Part shown: in pieces, positions 9,183-19,272 of the stretch
Numbering within the stretch: the stretch's first letter is position 1
Layout: each line of letters starts with the position of its first letter
From: an uncultured Gemmatimonadota bacterium
Lineage (GTDB): Bacteria; JAAXHH01; JABIQT01
Assembly (NCBI GenBank): GCA_964470965.1
Contig: CAYYIS010000008.1
Span: forward strand, 30,731 to 94,730
Reading direction: 5' to 3'
Length of the DNA: 64,000 bases
The notes under the pieces: generated by a model
Told to the model about the DNA's origin: nothing
What the model saw: the letters and a program-made list of their open reading frames with translations, nothing else
The model's database searches: none
Program-made: the position numbers and the translations under genes

Positions 9183-10322
9183 TTGTTTTATTTACGCTAC
9201 CCTTCAATTATCGCCGCAATCTGTTTCCTGCTGGCCTGCGGCTCCGAACCCTTGCAGATCGACGAACTGGACCCCAACAGCCCCTTGAATTCCATCAAGA
9301 TGCCACCGGGGTTCAACATCCGCGTTTACGCGGATAACGTTGCGAATGCCCGGGGAATGGTGCTGAGTCCCGGCGGCGTGCTGTTCGTCGGTAGTCGCCG
9401 GGAGGGTAAAGTGTATGCGCTGCAGAACCTGGACGGTGATCACACGGCCGAAAAAATGTATACCGTCGACACCGGGCTGCGAATGCCCACCGGGGTGGCA
9501 TTCCGGGAAGGGGCATTGTTTGTGGGAGCGGTGAATCAGATCCTTCGCTATGACAATATCGAGTCAAACCTGGAGAATCCCCCCGATCCGGTAATCGTGC
9601 TCGACACCCTGCCTTCCGACCGGCACCACGGATGGAAGTATCTTGGCTTCGGGCCGGACGGGCGGCTGTATGTACCTGTGGGGGCGCCTTGCAATATCTG
9701 CAACAAAGAAGAAGAAGATCAGCGATATGCTTCTATCCTGAGCATGAACCCGGACGGCTCGGACATCCAGGTGTTCGCCTCCGGTATTCGGAATACGGTT
9801 GGTTTCGACTGGCATCCAGTAACGGATGAACTGTGGTTCACCGACAATGGCCGAGATCTGATGGGCAATGAAATTCCACCCGATGAATTGAACCACGCCC
9901 CTACTTCCGGCCTACATTTTGGTTATCCGTTCCACCACGCCACAAACGTCACCGATCCCGAATTTGGTGATCAGCGTGCCAAGGAGACTACCGTATCACC
10001 GGTGCAGGATCTGGGACCGCATGTTGCGGCGATCGGCATGGCATTTTACGAAGGGACCATGTTTCCAGAAGAATACCGTAACCAGATCTTTATCGCTGAG
10101 CACGGCTCCTGGAACCGAGACGCAAAAATCGGATACCGCATCACGCTGGTTCGCCTCGATGAAAACAATAAGTCCCTCGGCTACGAAGTCTTCGCGGAAG
10201 GTTGGCTCCAGGGCGAAGAACAATGGGGCCGTCCGTCGGACGTGCTCGTCGTCCCCGGCGGTGCCCTGTTAGTTTCTGATGATCAGGCAGGGATCGTCTA
10301 TCGAATTTCATACGATGAATGA
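9183..10322 (+). CDS. PQQ-dependent sugar (sorbosone/glucose) dehydrogenase-family beta-propeller lipoprotein
   Basis: 379 aa with lipoprotein signal (LLACGS). Motifs 'GFDWHP', 'ELWFTDNGRD' and 'HFGYPF' are characteristic of soluble PQQ sugar dehydrogenases (YliI/Asd-like). Confidence 0.7.
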   Translation: MFYLRYPSIIAAICFLLACGSEPLQIDELDPNSPLNSIKMPPGFNIRVYADNVANARGMVLSPGGVLFVGSRREGKVYALQNLDGDHTAEKMYTVDTGLRMPTGVAFREGALFVGAVNQILRYDNIESNLENPPDPVIVLDTLPSDRHHGWKYLGFGPDGRLYVPVGAPCNICNKEEEDQRYASILSMNPDGSDIQVFASGIRNTVGFDWHPVTDELWFTDNGRDLMGNEIPPDELNHAPTSGLHFGYPFHHATNVTDPEFGDQRAKETTVSPVQDLGPHVAAIGMAFYEGTMFPEEYRNQIFIAEHGSWNRDAKIGYRITLVRLDENNKSLGYEVFAEGWLQGEEQWGRPSDVLVVPGGALLVSDDQAGIVYRISYDE

Positions 10323-10391
10323 CATAATTGACGGATAAGCGGAATATCCTATTCTGTTGATCCGCCAATACAAACTACCGGAGACATCTTC

Positions 10392-11690
10392 ATGTTCAAC
10401 CTACCCCTGCATTGGCAAATCATCATTGGACTGATTCTCGGACTGATTTACGGCATAGTCTCAGCGGCGATGGGATGGGCACAATTTACGACGGACTGGA
10501 TTGTTCCGTTCGGTGATATTTTCCTGAACCTGCTCAAATTGATTGCCGTCCCACTGGTACTGGGATCCCTAATCACAGGTGTCGCTTCCCTTTCGGACAT
10601 GCACAAACTGTCCAGAATCGGTGGGAAAACCATCACGATCTATATTGCCACGACCGCGGTCTCGGTTACGATAGGCCTCATCCTGGTCAATATACTGCAG
10701 CCTGGAGCCTCCGTACCCCAGGACCTGCAACGGGAGCTGCAGGCAGCCTATCAGGCGGAGACCGAAACGAGGCAGGGCAGTGCAGAGGCGGTCAAGGAAC
10801 GGGGACCATTGCAGGTGTTCGTAGACATGGTCCCGGGCAATATCTTCGCGGCAGCCGGCAACAACGGCAACATGCTCCAGGTGGTGTTCTTTTCCATCCT
10901 GTTCGGTATCGCCATGATCATGATCCCGAAAGAGAAAGCGCAGCCGCTTCTCGGATTCTTCGAGGGCCTTACGGACGCGATCATTAAAATCGTTGAAATC
11001 ATTATGCTGGCTGCGCCTATCGGCGTGTTCGCACTTATCGCCAAAACGATCAATCAAGTGGCTAAGGACGATCTGTCCGCCGTGGTGGAACTGTTGAGCG
11101 CCCTCGGTTTCTACTGTCTGGTTGTGGTGATCGGTCTATTAATCCACGGGGTCATTACCTATCCTATCCTGCTCAAATCATTCACCAAACTCAAGGCGGT
11201 GCAGTTTTTCAGAGACGTAGCCCCCGCCCAGCTTCTCGCCTTCTCCACAAGTTCCAGCGGCGCTACGCTGCCAGTGACCATGGATGTATGCGAGAAAAAG
11301 ATAGGGGTCTCCGAGGAGGTATCGTCCTTTGTGCTCCCCCTCGGAGCCACCATCAACATGGATGGGACAGCCCTCTATCAGGCCGTTGCCTCCGTATTCA
11401 TCGCACAGGCCCTGGGCATCGGACTCGACATCTCAGCCCAGCTTCAGATCATCCTGACCGCGGTACTTGCATCTATCGGTACAGCAGCGGTTCCCGGCGC
11501 CGGGATCATTATGCTGGTGATAATCCTAGAAACGGTGGGTGTCCCAACCGCCGGTATCGCCTTGATTCTCGGCGTAGATCGAATCCTCGACATGTGTCGC
11601 ACAGCCGTCAACGTTACGGGGGATGCCACCGTAGCCACCGCCGTAGCGGCTTCCGAAGGTCAGCTTCATTCGCCGAACGAGGAGGCTTAG
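10392..11690 (+). CDS. Dicarboxylate/amino acid:cation symporter (DAACS family, GltP/DctA-like)
   Basis: 432 aa, polytopic. The 'PLGATINMDGTALYQ' and 'AAVPGAGIIML' re-entrant loop motifs are typical of sodium:dicarboxylate symporters. Confidence 0.8.
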   Translation: MFNLPLHWQIIIGLILGLIYGIVSAAMGWAQFTTDWIVPFGDIFLNLLKLIAVPLVLGSLITGVASLSDMHKLSRIGGKTITIYIATTAVSVTIGLILVNILQPGASVPQDLQRELQAAYQAETETRQGSAEAVKERGPLQVFVDMVPGNIFAAAGNNGNMLQVVFFSILFGIAMIMIPKEKAQPLLGFFEGLTDAIIKIVEIIMLAAPIGVFALIAKTINQVAKDDLSAVVELLSALGFYCLVVVIGLLIHGVITYPILLKSFTKLKAVQFFRDVAPAQLLAFSTSSSGATLPVTMDVCEKKIGVSEEVSSFVLPLGATINMDGTALYQAVASVFIAQALGIGLDISAQLQIILTAVLASIGTAAVPGAGIIMLVIILETVGVPTAGIALILGVDRILDMCRTAVNVTGDATVATAVAASEGQLHSPNEEA

Positions 11691-11693
11691 GAG

Positions 11694-12452
11694 ATGACCG
11701 GCGCGCAGTCCTGGAATCCGGATCGCTATGCCCGCAACGCACGTTTCGTGGCAGAACTGGGAATGCCTGTTTTTTCGTTGCTCGATCCAAAGGCCGGAGA
11801 ACGGATACTCGATCTCGGCTGCGGCGATGGCGCCTTGACGGAGAAGCTGGTGGAAGCGGGCTGTGACGTGGTGGGGGTCGACGGTAGCGCAGAACAGATC
11901 GAAGCGGCATGTCAGCGGGGATTGAATGCACAGGTGATGGACGGGCAGCAACTAACGTTTGAAAATGAATTCGACGCCGTTTTCAGCAACGCGGCCATGC
12001 ACTGGATGAACCGTCCCGACGATGTGATTTCCGGTGTCCGGCGGGCACTCAAGCCGGAGGGACGATTCGTGTCAGAAATGGGCGGATTCGGATGTGTTCG
12101 GACTATCGAGTCGACACTGCTCGATATGCTCGCTGCCCGCGGCGTCACCGGTACCGACATCAGTCCCTGGTACTTTCCCACCGACACGGAGTACCGGAGT
12201 CGCATGGAAACACAGGGATTTCGCGTGGACTACATCGCGCTGATCCAGCGTCCCACGCCTCTGCCGGGGGATGTCGCCGCATGGTTGGAAACGTTCGCCG
12301 AGAGCTTTACGAACCGGCTGCCTGAATCAGATCGGCCTGCATTTCTCGAAGAAGTCCGGGAGTGCTTGAGACCGAAATTGTGTAATGCGGAAGGGCTGTG
12401 GACGGCCGATTATGTGCGGCTACGGTTTACAGCCGTCAAAACAGTGGATTAA
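11694..12452 (+). CDS. Class I SAM-dependent methyltransferase, trans-aconitate 2-methyltransferase (Tam)-like
   Basis: 252 aa. 'WNPDRYARNARFVAEL...ILDLGCGDGALTEKL' (motif I GxGxG). The overall Tam-like layout. Confidence 0.7.
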   Translation: MTGAQSWNPDRYARNARFVAELGMPVFSLLDPKAGERILDLGCGDGALTEKLVEAGCDVVGVDGSAEQIEAACQRGLNAQVMDGQQLTFENEFDAVFSNAAMHWMNRPDDVISGVRRALKPEGRFVSEMGGFGCVRTIESTLLDMLAARGVTGTDISPWYFPTDTEYRSRMETQGFRVDYIALIQRPTPLPGDVAAWLETFAESFTNRLPESDRPAFLEEVRECLRPKLCNAEGLWTADYVRLRFTAVKTVD

Positions 12453-12473
12453 ACCCAGAATCCGGGGACAGCC

Positions 12474-13853
12474 GTGTTCAGAACATTGATAATCACTCAT
12501 TTACTGATGTCTTTGACAACCGCGCGCGCTAACGACATAGATTCCTATATCAAGGCGCAGATGAAAGAACGTCATATTCCGGGACTGGCTATAGCGATCG
12601 TGCAGAACGGAGATTTATCTGAATTCCGGGGCTACGGCCTGTCGAGCGTCGAGCACGAGGTTCCCGTGACGGTTCGTTCGATCTTTGAGATCGGTTCCGT
12701 CACGAAGCAGGTCACTGCCGTCGGCATCATGCTGCTGGTCGAAGACGGCAGGGTGGATCTCGACGCGCCCATCAGAACTTACATGAAGGAATCCCCCATT
12801 AGGTGGGACGCAGTCACTATCCGTCACCTGCTGACACATACCTCGGGCATTAGAAATTATACCGGCCTACCGGGATTCGAGCTGTCGCGCCGCATGAACC
12901 GGGCAGCCTTCATACATGAACTGGCAAAGTACCCGCTCGACTTTACGCCCGGAGAAAAATGGTCTTACTCTAATTCCGGATACAACCTTCTGGGTCATAT
13001 CATCGAACAGGCGAGCGACCAAACGTACTGGGATTTTCTGGCCAATGCTGTGTTCAAACCCGCGAATATGGCGGATACCGGGGATCGGGATCTCCAGTAT
13101 GTGATCAAACACCGCGCCACGGGCTACGAATGGATTGATGATTCACTGCTGGGACGTGACTATGACCTGACGGATTTATTCTCCGCCGGCGCCATGGTCT
13201 CCTCGTTGGCGGATCTTGTTCGATGGAACGCGGCGCTCTCAGAGATTGATCTGTTACAGGCTTCCAGTATGAGAGAACTATGGAAACCGGTAACGCTCAA
13301 CAATGGGGAAACCTATCCATACGGTTTCGGATGGTACATTGAAAATATCCGGGGTTACCGGCGTCTCAGGCACAACGGACAAACGGCAGGTTTTTCTGCG
13401 AACTATACGCACTATCCGGATCAGAACCTGTCGATCATAGTCCTATGCAATCTGGGAACCATCGGCCTGGCAGGGGATATAGCTAACGGTGCGGCAAAAT
13501 ACTACATTCCGGGCTTATCATTAAAAAATGCCGTCACCATTGATGACGTTGCGCCGGAGTTGACAAAGTCCCTAAAAAAATTACTGGACGACAGATGGAA
13601 CAATATCTTGCAGCTGGAAAAATTCACCGGCAATGCAAGAAAAAAATTGATCACTGACAATGCTGTCGGCGTCAACAAGCGCCTTGCGACTTATGGAAAG
13701 CCGACAGCGTTCGACCTTATCGGGCATGAACAAATAGAATCTATCACCACGAGATATTACAGAGTTGTAATCGGGAACAATTTTCTGGTCTTCCGGGTTG
13801 TTGCAACTGATAGCGGCCTTGTCGACGACATGACCCTTATGGAAGAAGAATGA
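12474..13853 (+). CDS. Serine hydrolase, beta-lactamase/PBP (class C-like) family, secreted
   Basis: 459 aa with signal peptide. Active-site 'SVTKQ' (SxxK) and 'YSNSGY' (YxN) motifs. Confidence 0.75.
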   Translation: MFRTLIITHLLMSLTTARANDIDSYIKAQMKERHIPGLAIAIVQNGDLSEFRGYGLSSVEHEVPVTVRSIFEIGSVTKQVTAVGIMLLVEDGRVDLDAPIRTYMKESPIRWDAVTIRHLLTHTSGIRNYTGLPGFELSRRMNRAAFIHELAKYPLDFTPGEKWSYSNSGYNLLGHIIEQASDQTYWDFLANAVFKPANMADTGDRDLQYVIKHRATGYEWIDDSLLGRDYDLTDLFSAGAMVSSLADLVRWNAALSEIDLLQASSMRELWKPVTLNNGETYPYGFGWYIENIRGYRRLRHNGQTAGFSANYTHYPDQNLSIIVLCNLGTIGLAGDIANGAAKYYIPGLSLKNAVTIDDVAPELTKSLKKLLDDRWNNILQLEKFTGNARKKLITDNAVGVNKRLATYGKPTAFDLIGHEQIESITTRYYRVVIGNNFLVFRVVATDSGLVDDMTLMEEE

Positions 13854-14626
13854 CATGGGATTTTTTAGGAGAAACTATGAGTCTGGAACCACATGAAATA
13901 GATCATTTTCACGGAGAAGGTTATCTGATCTTCCCTGCATTGATTCACGGGGAAAAACTCACCCGTTATAAATCCAGCCTGGCTGAACTGGTGACGCGGG
14001 CGAACGGAATGGAGACGTCACAGGACGGGTATTCATTACAGCCTGATAAAAACGGGGAGTTGATACCAGGTCGTCTTTTCAAAGTCCAGGGTGTATGTGT
14101 GGTGGAACCGCTTTTACTCGACCTGGCCCGTGAATCCGAAATCACGGACCGCATCGCCTCTTTAATCGGTCCGGATTTGCATATGTTCGGCTCCAAGTTC
14201 TTCCCGATGCTGCCCCACGGCGGAACCTCAACCGGCTGGCACCAGGACAACCACTACTTCGGAACGCAGTCCGATCGCGTCGTAAGCTGCGGAATCTACC
14301 TTGAAGAGTCGGATCGCTCCAATGGATGTCTCAAACTTTTGCCGAAGAGCCACGCCACCGGAAGCTTGGTGGCCCACACCCACGGCAGCGGCACTTTCGC
14401 CCACGGCAATTGGACCGAAGTAGACGAATCTCAGGCCATCGATGTGGTATGTCCCGGGGGCACCGTCGTCCTGTTTTCCGCCAATCTGCTCCATGGGGCC
14501 ACCATTAACACCAGCGCCCGTTCCAGATACAGCACCGCCTGGCATTACATTCCGGCGGATCTGGATCTGGAAATGTTTCCTTTCGAGAAATATCAGGATA
14601 GGCATGAAGTACGTGGTATTGATTGA
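13850..14626 (+). CDS. Phytanoyl-CoA dioxygenase (PhyH) family oxygenase
   Basis: 258 aa. 'TGWHQDNHYF' (HxD) plus the downstream 'LLHGA' His, and 'GCLKLLPKSH'. The true start may be the ATG at 13877. Confidence 0.65.
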   Translation: MTWDFLGETMSLEPHEIDHFHGEGYLIFPALIHGEKLTRYKSSLAELVTRANGMETSQDGYSLQPDKNGELIPGRLFKVQGVCVVEPLLLDLARESEITDRIASLIGPDLHMFGSKFFPMLPHGGTSTGWHQDNHYFGTQSDRVVSCGIYLEESDRSNGCLKLLPKSHATGSLVAHTHGSGTFAHGNWTEVDESQAIDVVCPGGTVVLFSANLLHGATINTSARSRYSTAWHYIPADLDLEMFPFEKYQDRHEVRGID

Positions 14627-14830
14627 TCTGTTGACTTATTCGCTGCAACAAATAGGCGCCCGCGAGCCGATAGCTGCAAACATTTCCGGTCTTGGAATTA
14701 ATCATGATCAAGATTCGTTTTGCCAGCTACTTCTCCCAATTGGCCTTATAATTTACGTCTTGATGATAACGTTGAATAGTATATATTACGGTACAATCAC
14801 AGGCAGATTGCAAATTAGCAAGAGGATTAA

Positions 14831-16207
14831 ATGAATCAAACACAATACCAGGCAACTTGGGAATCCCTGGACAGCCGTCCCATGCCAAGGTGGTTCAATG
14901 AAGCGAAATTCGGCATCTTCATTCACTGGGGCCTTTACTCGGTTCCCGCATGGCGACCTCTGAGCAAAGAGCGGTACGCTTCTTATGCGGAGTGGTATTA
15001 CGCCACGGTGATCGGTGATCATGAATTCGGTGGGGATGCGTTCCATAAGCAGACTTATGGGGAGAATTTCGAGTACCGGGATTTCGGCCCGATGTTCAAG
15101 GCAGAACTGTTCGACCCGGATTACTGGGCATCACTGTTTCAGAAGTCCGGCGCGAAATACGTGGTGCTGACCACCAAGCACCACGACGGATACTGTCTCT
15201 GGCCCACCAAGAGTCCTTACAAAAAAGAGTGGAACAGCATGGCGATCGGTCCGAAACGGGATCTGGTGGGGAATTTGACGACGGCAGTCAGGAACCAGGG
15301 CTTACGTATGGGGCTTTACTACTCGATTATCGAATGGGAAAGCATATGGACGCACCGAGCTGACACCGGATATTACGTGGATAAATCCCTGGTGGACCGA
15401 TACCGCATCCCGGAAGATAAATATGTGACCGAACACCTGATACCCCAGTTAAAGGAGCTGGTACAAATATATCAGCCGGATGTCATTTTCTCGGATGGCG
15501 GGGAATGGGATGGCAGCGAGGAATACTTTAAGACAAAGGAGTTCCTGGCTTGGCTGTACAACGAGGCGCCCAACAAGGAGGAGGTCGTGGTAAACGACCG
15601 CTGGGCGAAAGATGTACCGGGCAACCATGGAGATTACTACTCCAGCGAATACGAAGACACGGATGCTATCGGGCTGGACCATCCCTGGGAGGAAAGTAGG
15701 GGGATCGGTGGGTCGTACGGATTTAACCGGGCGGAAAACATCGAAGACTATCGGACTTCCGAAGAGCTTATCCATGAATTGATCGGGGTGGTAAGCAGGG
15801 GGGGCAACTTCTTGCTAAACGTCGGCCCCACTTCGGACGGCAGGATTCCGGTTATCCAACAGCAGAGGCTCCTCGATGTTGGTGAGTGGATGGCAGTCAA
15901 CGGCGAGGCGATCTACGACGCACAGGCCTGGCGGGAGAGCCGCGATACGGATCTGACGTCGGTGGCCTTTACCGTTAAGGGTAACAACCTGTATGTGATT
16001 TGCACGGAATGGCCGGTGAATCAGGTTTTCGTTCCAGGGATCACGTCTCACGACAGTCTCACTGTCGAGATGCTCGGTACGGACAGGTCGGTAACGTGGT
16101 CAGCGGAGAATGGCGGGATCACTGTTTCGCCTCCTGCCCTGTCGCCGGGAGAAGTGCCGTGCCGGCACGCTTATGTATTTAAAATCACAGAATTTAAGAA
16201 AGCGTAG
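14831..16207 (+). CDS. Alpha-L-fucosidase (GH29)
   Basis: 458 aa. 'WFNEAKFGIFIHWGLYSVPAW' and 'KHHDGYCLWPTK' are hallmark GH29 motifs. Confidence 0.85.
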   Translation: MNQTQYQATWESLDSRPMPRWFNEAKFGIFIHWGLYSVPAWRPLSKERYASYAEWYYATVIGDHEFGGDAFHKQTYGENFEYRDFGPMFKAELFDPDYWASLFQKSGAKYVVLTTKHHDGYCLWPTKSPYKKEWNSMAIGPKRDLVGNLTTAVRNQGLRMGLYYSIIEWESIWTHRADTGYYVDKSLVDRYRIPEDKYVTEHLIPQLKELVQIYQPDVIFSDGGEWDGSEEYFKTKEFLAWLYNEAPNKEEVVVNDRWAKDVPGNHGDYYSSEYEDTDAIGLDHPWEESRGIGGSYGFNRAENIEDYRTSEELIHELIGVVSRGGNFLLNVGPTSDGRIPVIQQQRLLDVGEWMAVNGEAIYDAQAWRESRDTDLTSVAFTVKGNNLYVICTEWPVNQVFVPGITSHDSLTVEMLGTDRSVTWSAENGGITVSPPALSPGEVPCRHAYVFKITEFKKA

Positions 16208-16210
16208 CAT

Positions 16211-17299
16211 ATGGATCAATTTCTAGATATCCTGAACCAGACCTGGCAGTGGACCGGCATGGAGTTGCTGACGGCCTTCGGCATTCTGGTAGCCGCATTC
16301 ATTGCGCGCAAGTTGTTCCGGATCTTCCTGGAACGCGGGGCAAAACGTCTGACTGCAAAGACGGAAACAGATCTGGATGACCTGCTGATCCAGGCTATCG
16401 AGAAGCCGATCGATGTTGGTATACTTATTCTGGGCGTTTATCTGGCGGCACAGAGTCTGAATCCGCCTGACCGAATGCAGGAATGGCTGACATCCATCTT
16501 CTGGATTCCTTATTCGTTCCTGATCGCCTGGACGATGTTCAGGGGTATCAGCGTCCTCTCACATGGCCTGCACAAGTGGGCGCAGCGCACGGACAACGCC
16601 CTGGACGACCAGCTCGTTCCGCTGGTGGACCGGGCGGCAAAAGTAGTCGTATGGATCCTGGCCATATTGATGGTACTTCAGAATATGGGCTATTCCATTT
16701 CCGGCCTGATCGCTGGTCTGGGGGTGGGTGGTCTGGCCGTGGCGCTGGCCGCGCAGAAGACCCTGGCGGATGTGTTTGGATCAGTGATGCTCCTGGCGGA
16801 CCGGCCGTTTGCCATAGGGGACTGGGTGGTCTCTCCGGACAAGGAAATCGAAGGCACAGTAGAACGTATCGGATTCCGCAGTACCCGCATTCGTACGTTT
16901 GATCAGACGCTTGTAACCATCCCTAACAGCCGCCTGGCCGATTTTGTCATCAACAACATGTCACAACGGCCCGTGCGGCGGGTCTGGATAACTGTGGGGC
17001 TCACCTATGGCACCCAGGTGAATCAGATGAAAGAGGCGGTTTCAAAGATCGATAGCCTGTTGCGCACCCATCCCGATGTGGACCAGGATTCTACGATCCT
17101 AGTTTACTTCACCGACTTTGGGGACAGTTCCCTCAACATCATGGTCTACTACTTCGCGAATACAACGGTCTGGGGAGAATACCTGCGGGTACGCGAAGAT
17201 GTGAACCTTAAGATCATGAAGGTCGTCGAGGATCTGGGGCTCTCCATCGCCTTCCCTACGCGCACGGTACATCTGGAGCATAGCGCCGAATCGGGCTGA
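16211..17299 (+). CDS. Mechanosensitive ion channel, MscS family
   Basis: 362 aa. N-terminal TM helices, then 'RPFAIGDWV...GTVERIGFRSTRIRTFDQTLVTIPNS', the conserved MscS beta-domain. Confidence 0.8.
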   Translation: MDQFLDILNQTWQWTGMELLTAFGILVAAFIARKLFRIFLERGAKRLTAKTETDLDDLLIQAIEKPIDVGILILGVYLAAQSLNPPDRMQEWLTSIFWIPYSFLIAWTMFRGISVLSHGLHKWAQRTDNALDDQLVPLVDRAAKVVVWILAILMVLQNMGYSISGLIAGLGVGGLAVALAAQKTLADVFGSVMLLADRPFAIGDWVVSPDKEIEGTVERIGFRSTRIRTFDQTLVTIPNSRLADFVINNMSQRPVRRVWITVGLTYGTQVNQMKEAVSKIDSLLRTHPDVDQDSTILVYFTDFGDSSLNIMVYYFANTTVWGEYLRVREDVNLKIMKVVEDLGLSIAFPTRTVHLEHSAESG

Positions 17300-17578
17300 T
17301 CTCACTAAAACTTGAGCGTTGCGACAGGATCCTCTTTCGTGGCACGGCTTACAGGAACGAAGTTGCCGAACAGAGCCACCACGGTCGCAATGAAGACGAC
17401 ACAGATAGTCTTTGCGGTGTCGTTCAGAAGTAGAGGGATTTTCGTTGTTTTAAAATAGTCGACGCAGGGCATCACAGGATCCCCTCGATGCTAAAACCCT
17501 GCGACGACAACCCTGTTCCCGATATTTAAGATTTCGTTCACCCATTCGCCCGCACCTGCCGAAAAAGCAACCCCTCCT

Positions 17579-17875
17579 ATGACTGATACTGACGTGACCG
17601 CGCCCCATATCGACCTGCAGCGGCGAACCGGACGGAGTGTCAGTCAACCATATGCCGTCGTACTTCACAATGACGACTATCACGAGATGGATTATGTTGT
17701 GCAGTCGCTGGTAGAAAGTGTGCCTGAACTATCCTCAGGTGACGCCTTCCGGATCATGATGGAGACGCATAAAACCGGAAAAGCCATCGTGATTGTCTGT
17801 CCGCTGGAACAAGGGGAACTCTACCGAGATCGAATCCGTAACTGTGGCCTGGCGGCGACTGTAGAGAAGGTTTGA
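17579..17875 (+). CDS. clpS: ATP-dependent Clp protease adaptor protein ClpS
   Basis: 98 aa. 'YAVVLHNDDYHEMDYVVQSLV...AFRIMMETHKTGKAIVIV' is a near-canonical ClpS core. No clpA follows; a convergent gene starts at 17880. Confidence 0.85.
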   Translation: MTDTDVTAPHIDLQRRTGRSVSQPYAVVLHNDDYHEMDYVVQSLVESVPELSSGDAFRIMMETHKTGKAIVIVCPLEQGELYRDRIRNCGLAATVEKV

Positions 17876-17879
17876 GACG

Positions 17880-18965
17880 TCAAAACCAGCTGTCATAAGG
17901 GTTAGCCGAATCTTCTAATGGTAAAGAAACCCTGTCCCCCCTTATGTGGGACAGCCTGGCAGCCATGGCCATTTCCATATGTTTACGAGCGGTCTTTCCC
18001 GTACACAGCTCAAATTCCGGCTTTTTACCCTCTATCATATCAATCATGGAACGGGCCATGCGGTGGTGAGCGTTGATCCATTTCTGGCTGCCGGACACCT
18101 CCTCATGAGCCAGGATTTCCCAGCGATCGTCCTCCAGCAGCTTCGGGTTGGTGTGCGGGTGGTAATAGATATCCGGACCGTCCTGGGTAGGCCCGGGCAA
18201 ACAAAGCGTTCCTTCGGTGCCGTGAATATCGATACGGTACGGGTTTTCGACACCGTCGCCCGCATAGGACTCGAATTCGGCATTGAAACCATCGAACTGG
18301 TAGTGGGCCCAGATGCCGTTACCGGCGGACAATCCCATACCGAACACACCGTCCTTCTTATCAGCCGGCGTGGCAGAACGCCCGTCCTGGGTGATGATTG
18401 ACTGGCACCAGAGCGGTGCCCCGAATAGCTGCCACAGAAAATCGAAGAAGTGCGGATAAAGATCTATTAACCACTGATCCCCGCCCAGTTCGCCGCCGAA
18501 GCCGTACATGCGCGCCCACCTTGGTTCCCCAATCTTTCCGCTGCGTATCATCGGTATCGCAGTGGTTTGAATTTCGGGACGTCCGCGCCAGGGGTGCGCC
18601 ATTACAAGCATTGCGCCGGCACGGTCGCAAGCCTTCAGCATCTGATCCGCTTCTGCCGGAGTTCGGGCCAATGGTTTTTCAACGTATACATGTGTGCCCT
18701 GTTCGGCGGCGGCCATCACCATGTCCAGATGGTTGCTCATTTCGTGGGTCGCGAGCACCGCGATGTCGGTCTCTTCGACACTCAGCATCTCACGGTAATC
18801 CGCGTAGGCCTTCCGGGCGCCGGTACGTTCGACAGCCTTGGCGCGTCCCCCTTCATCCGGATCGGCAAGCGCAACAATCTCCGCCCCCGCCACACCGACA
18901 AATGCCTGATCGAGCGAATGCCCGTAGTCACCACATCCTGTGTGACCGATGATACATACCTTCAT
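17880..18965 (-). CDS. Gfo/Idh/MocA-family NAD(P)-dependent oxidoreductase
   Basis: 361 aa. N-terminal Rossmann 'MKVCIIGHTGCGDYG' and 'EKPLARTPAEADQM'. Confidence 0.75.
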   Translation of the reverse strand: MKVCIIGHTGCGDYGHSLDQAFVGVAGAEIVALADPDEGGRAKAVERTGARKAYADYREMLSVEETDIAVLATHEMSNHLDMVMAAAEQGTHVYVEKPLARTPAEADQMLKACDRAGAMLVMAHPWRGRPEIQTTAIPMIRSGKIGEPRWARMYGFGGELGGDQWLIDLYPHFFDFLWQLFGAPLWCQSIITQDGRSATPADKKDGVFGMGLSAGNGIWAHYQFDGFNAEFESYAGDGVENPYRIDIHGTEGTLCLPGPTQDGPDIYYHPHTNPKLLEDDRWEILAHEEVSGSQKWINAHHRMARSMIDMIEGKKPEFELCTGKTARKHMEMAMAARLSHIRGDRVSLPLEDSANPYDSWF

Positions 18966-19272
18966 GAGGCCGAAACTCCTTAAGACAGGTTCTCCACGAA
19001 AGGCTTAAAATTCCGTTTGGCAGCCTTCCATTCCAGCAGCTTGTTGCAGATATAGACGATCACTGTAAATGAATTCACCGCCGTGTTCAGATGGAACAGA
19101 TTGGTACCGACTCCGGCTTCGGTGATCCTGAGTAATTCATGATTGGTGACAGAATCCCATATATCTTCATGGCGGTTAGACCACTGTGTGTCCATCCGGA
19201 AATCCCCGCAAACACATTACCCCCAAGCCCCCCACTGCTGCGGGCACAGGTAAATGCGCATACTTCTTCGAA

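Noticed and set aside
11288-11866. 192-aa Arg/Gly/His-rich ORF
   Set aside because: It is an alternative frame inside the DAACS transporter and methyltransferase genes, and its low-complexity RGR composition is typical of a spurious frame.
18398-18952. 184-aa ORF antisense to the Gfo/Idh/MocA gene
   Set aside because: It is embedded antisense in a gene with strong motif support and has Arg/Pro-rich low complexity.
18980-19195. 71-aa minus-strand ORF between the carbonic-anhydrase pseudogene and the Gfo/Idh/MocA gene
   Set aside because: It has no recognisable motif and could be a real small protein or a remnant. The evidence is insufficient to annotate it.
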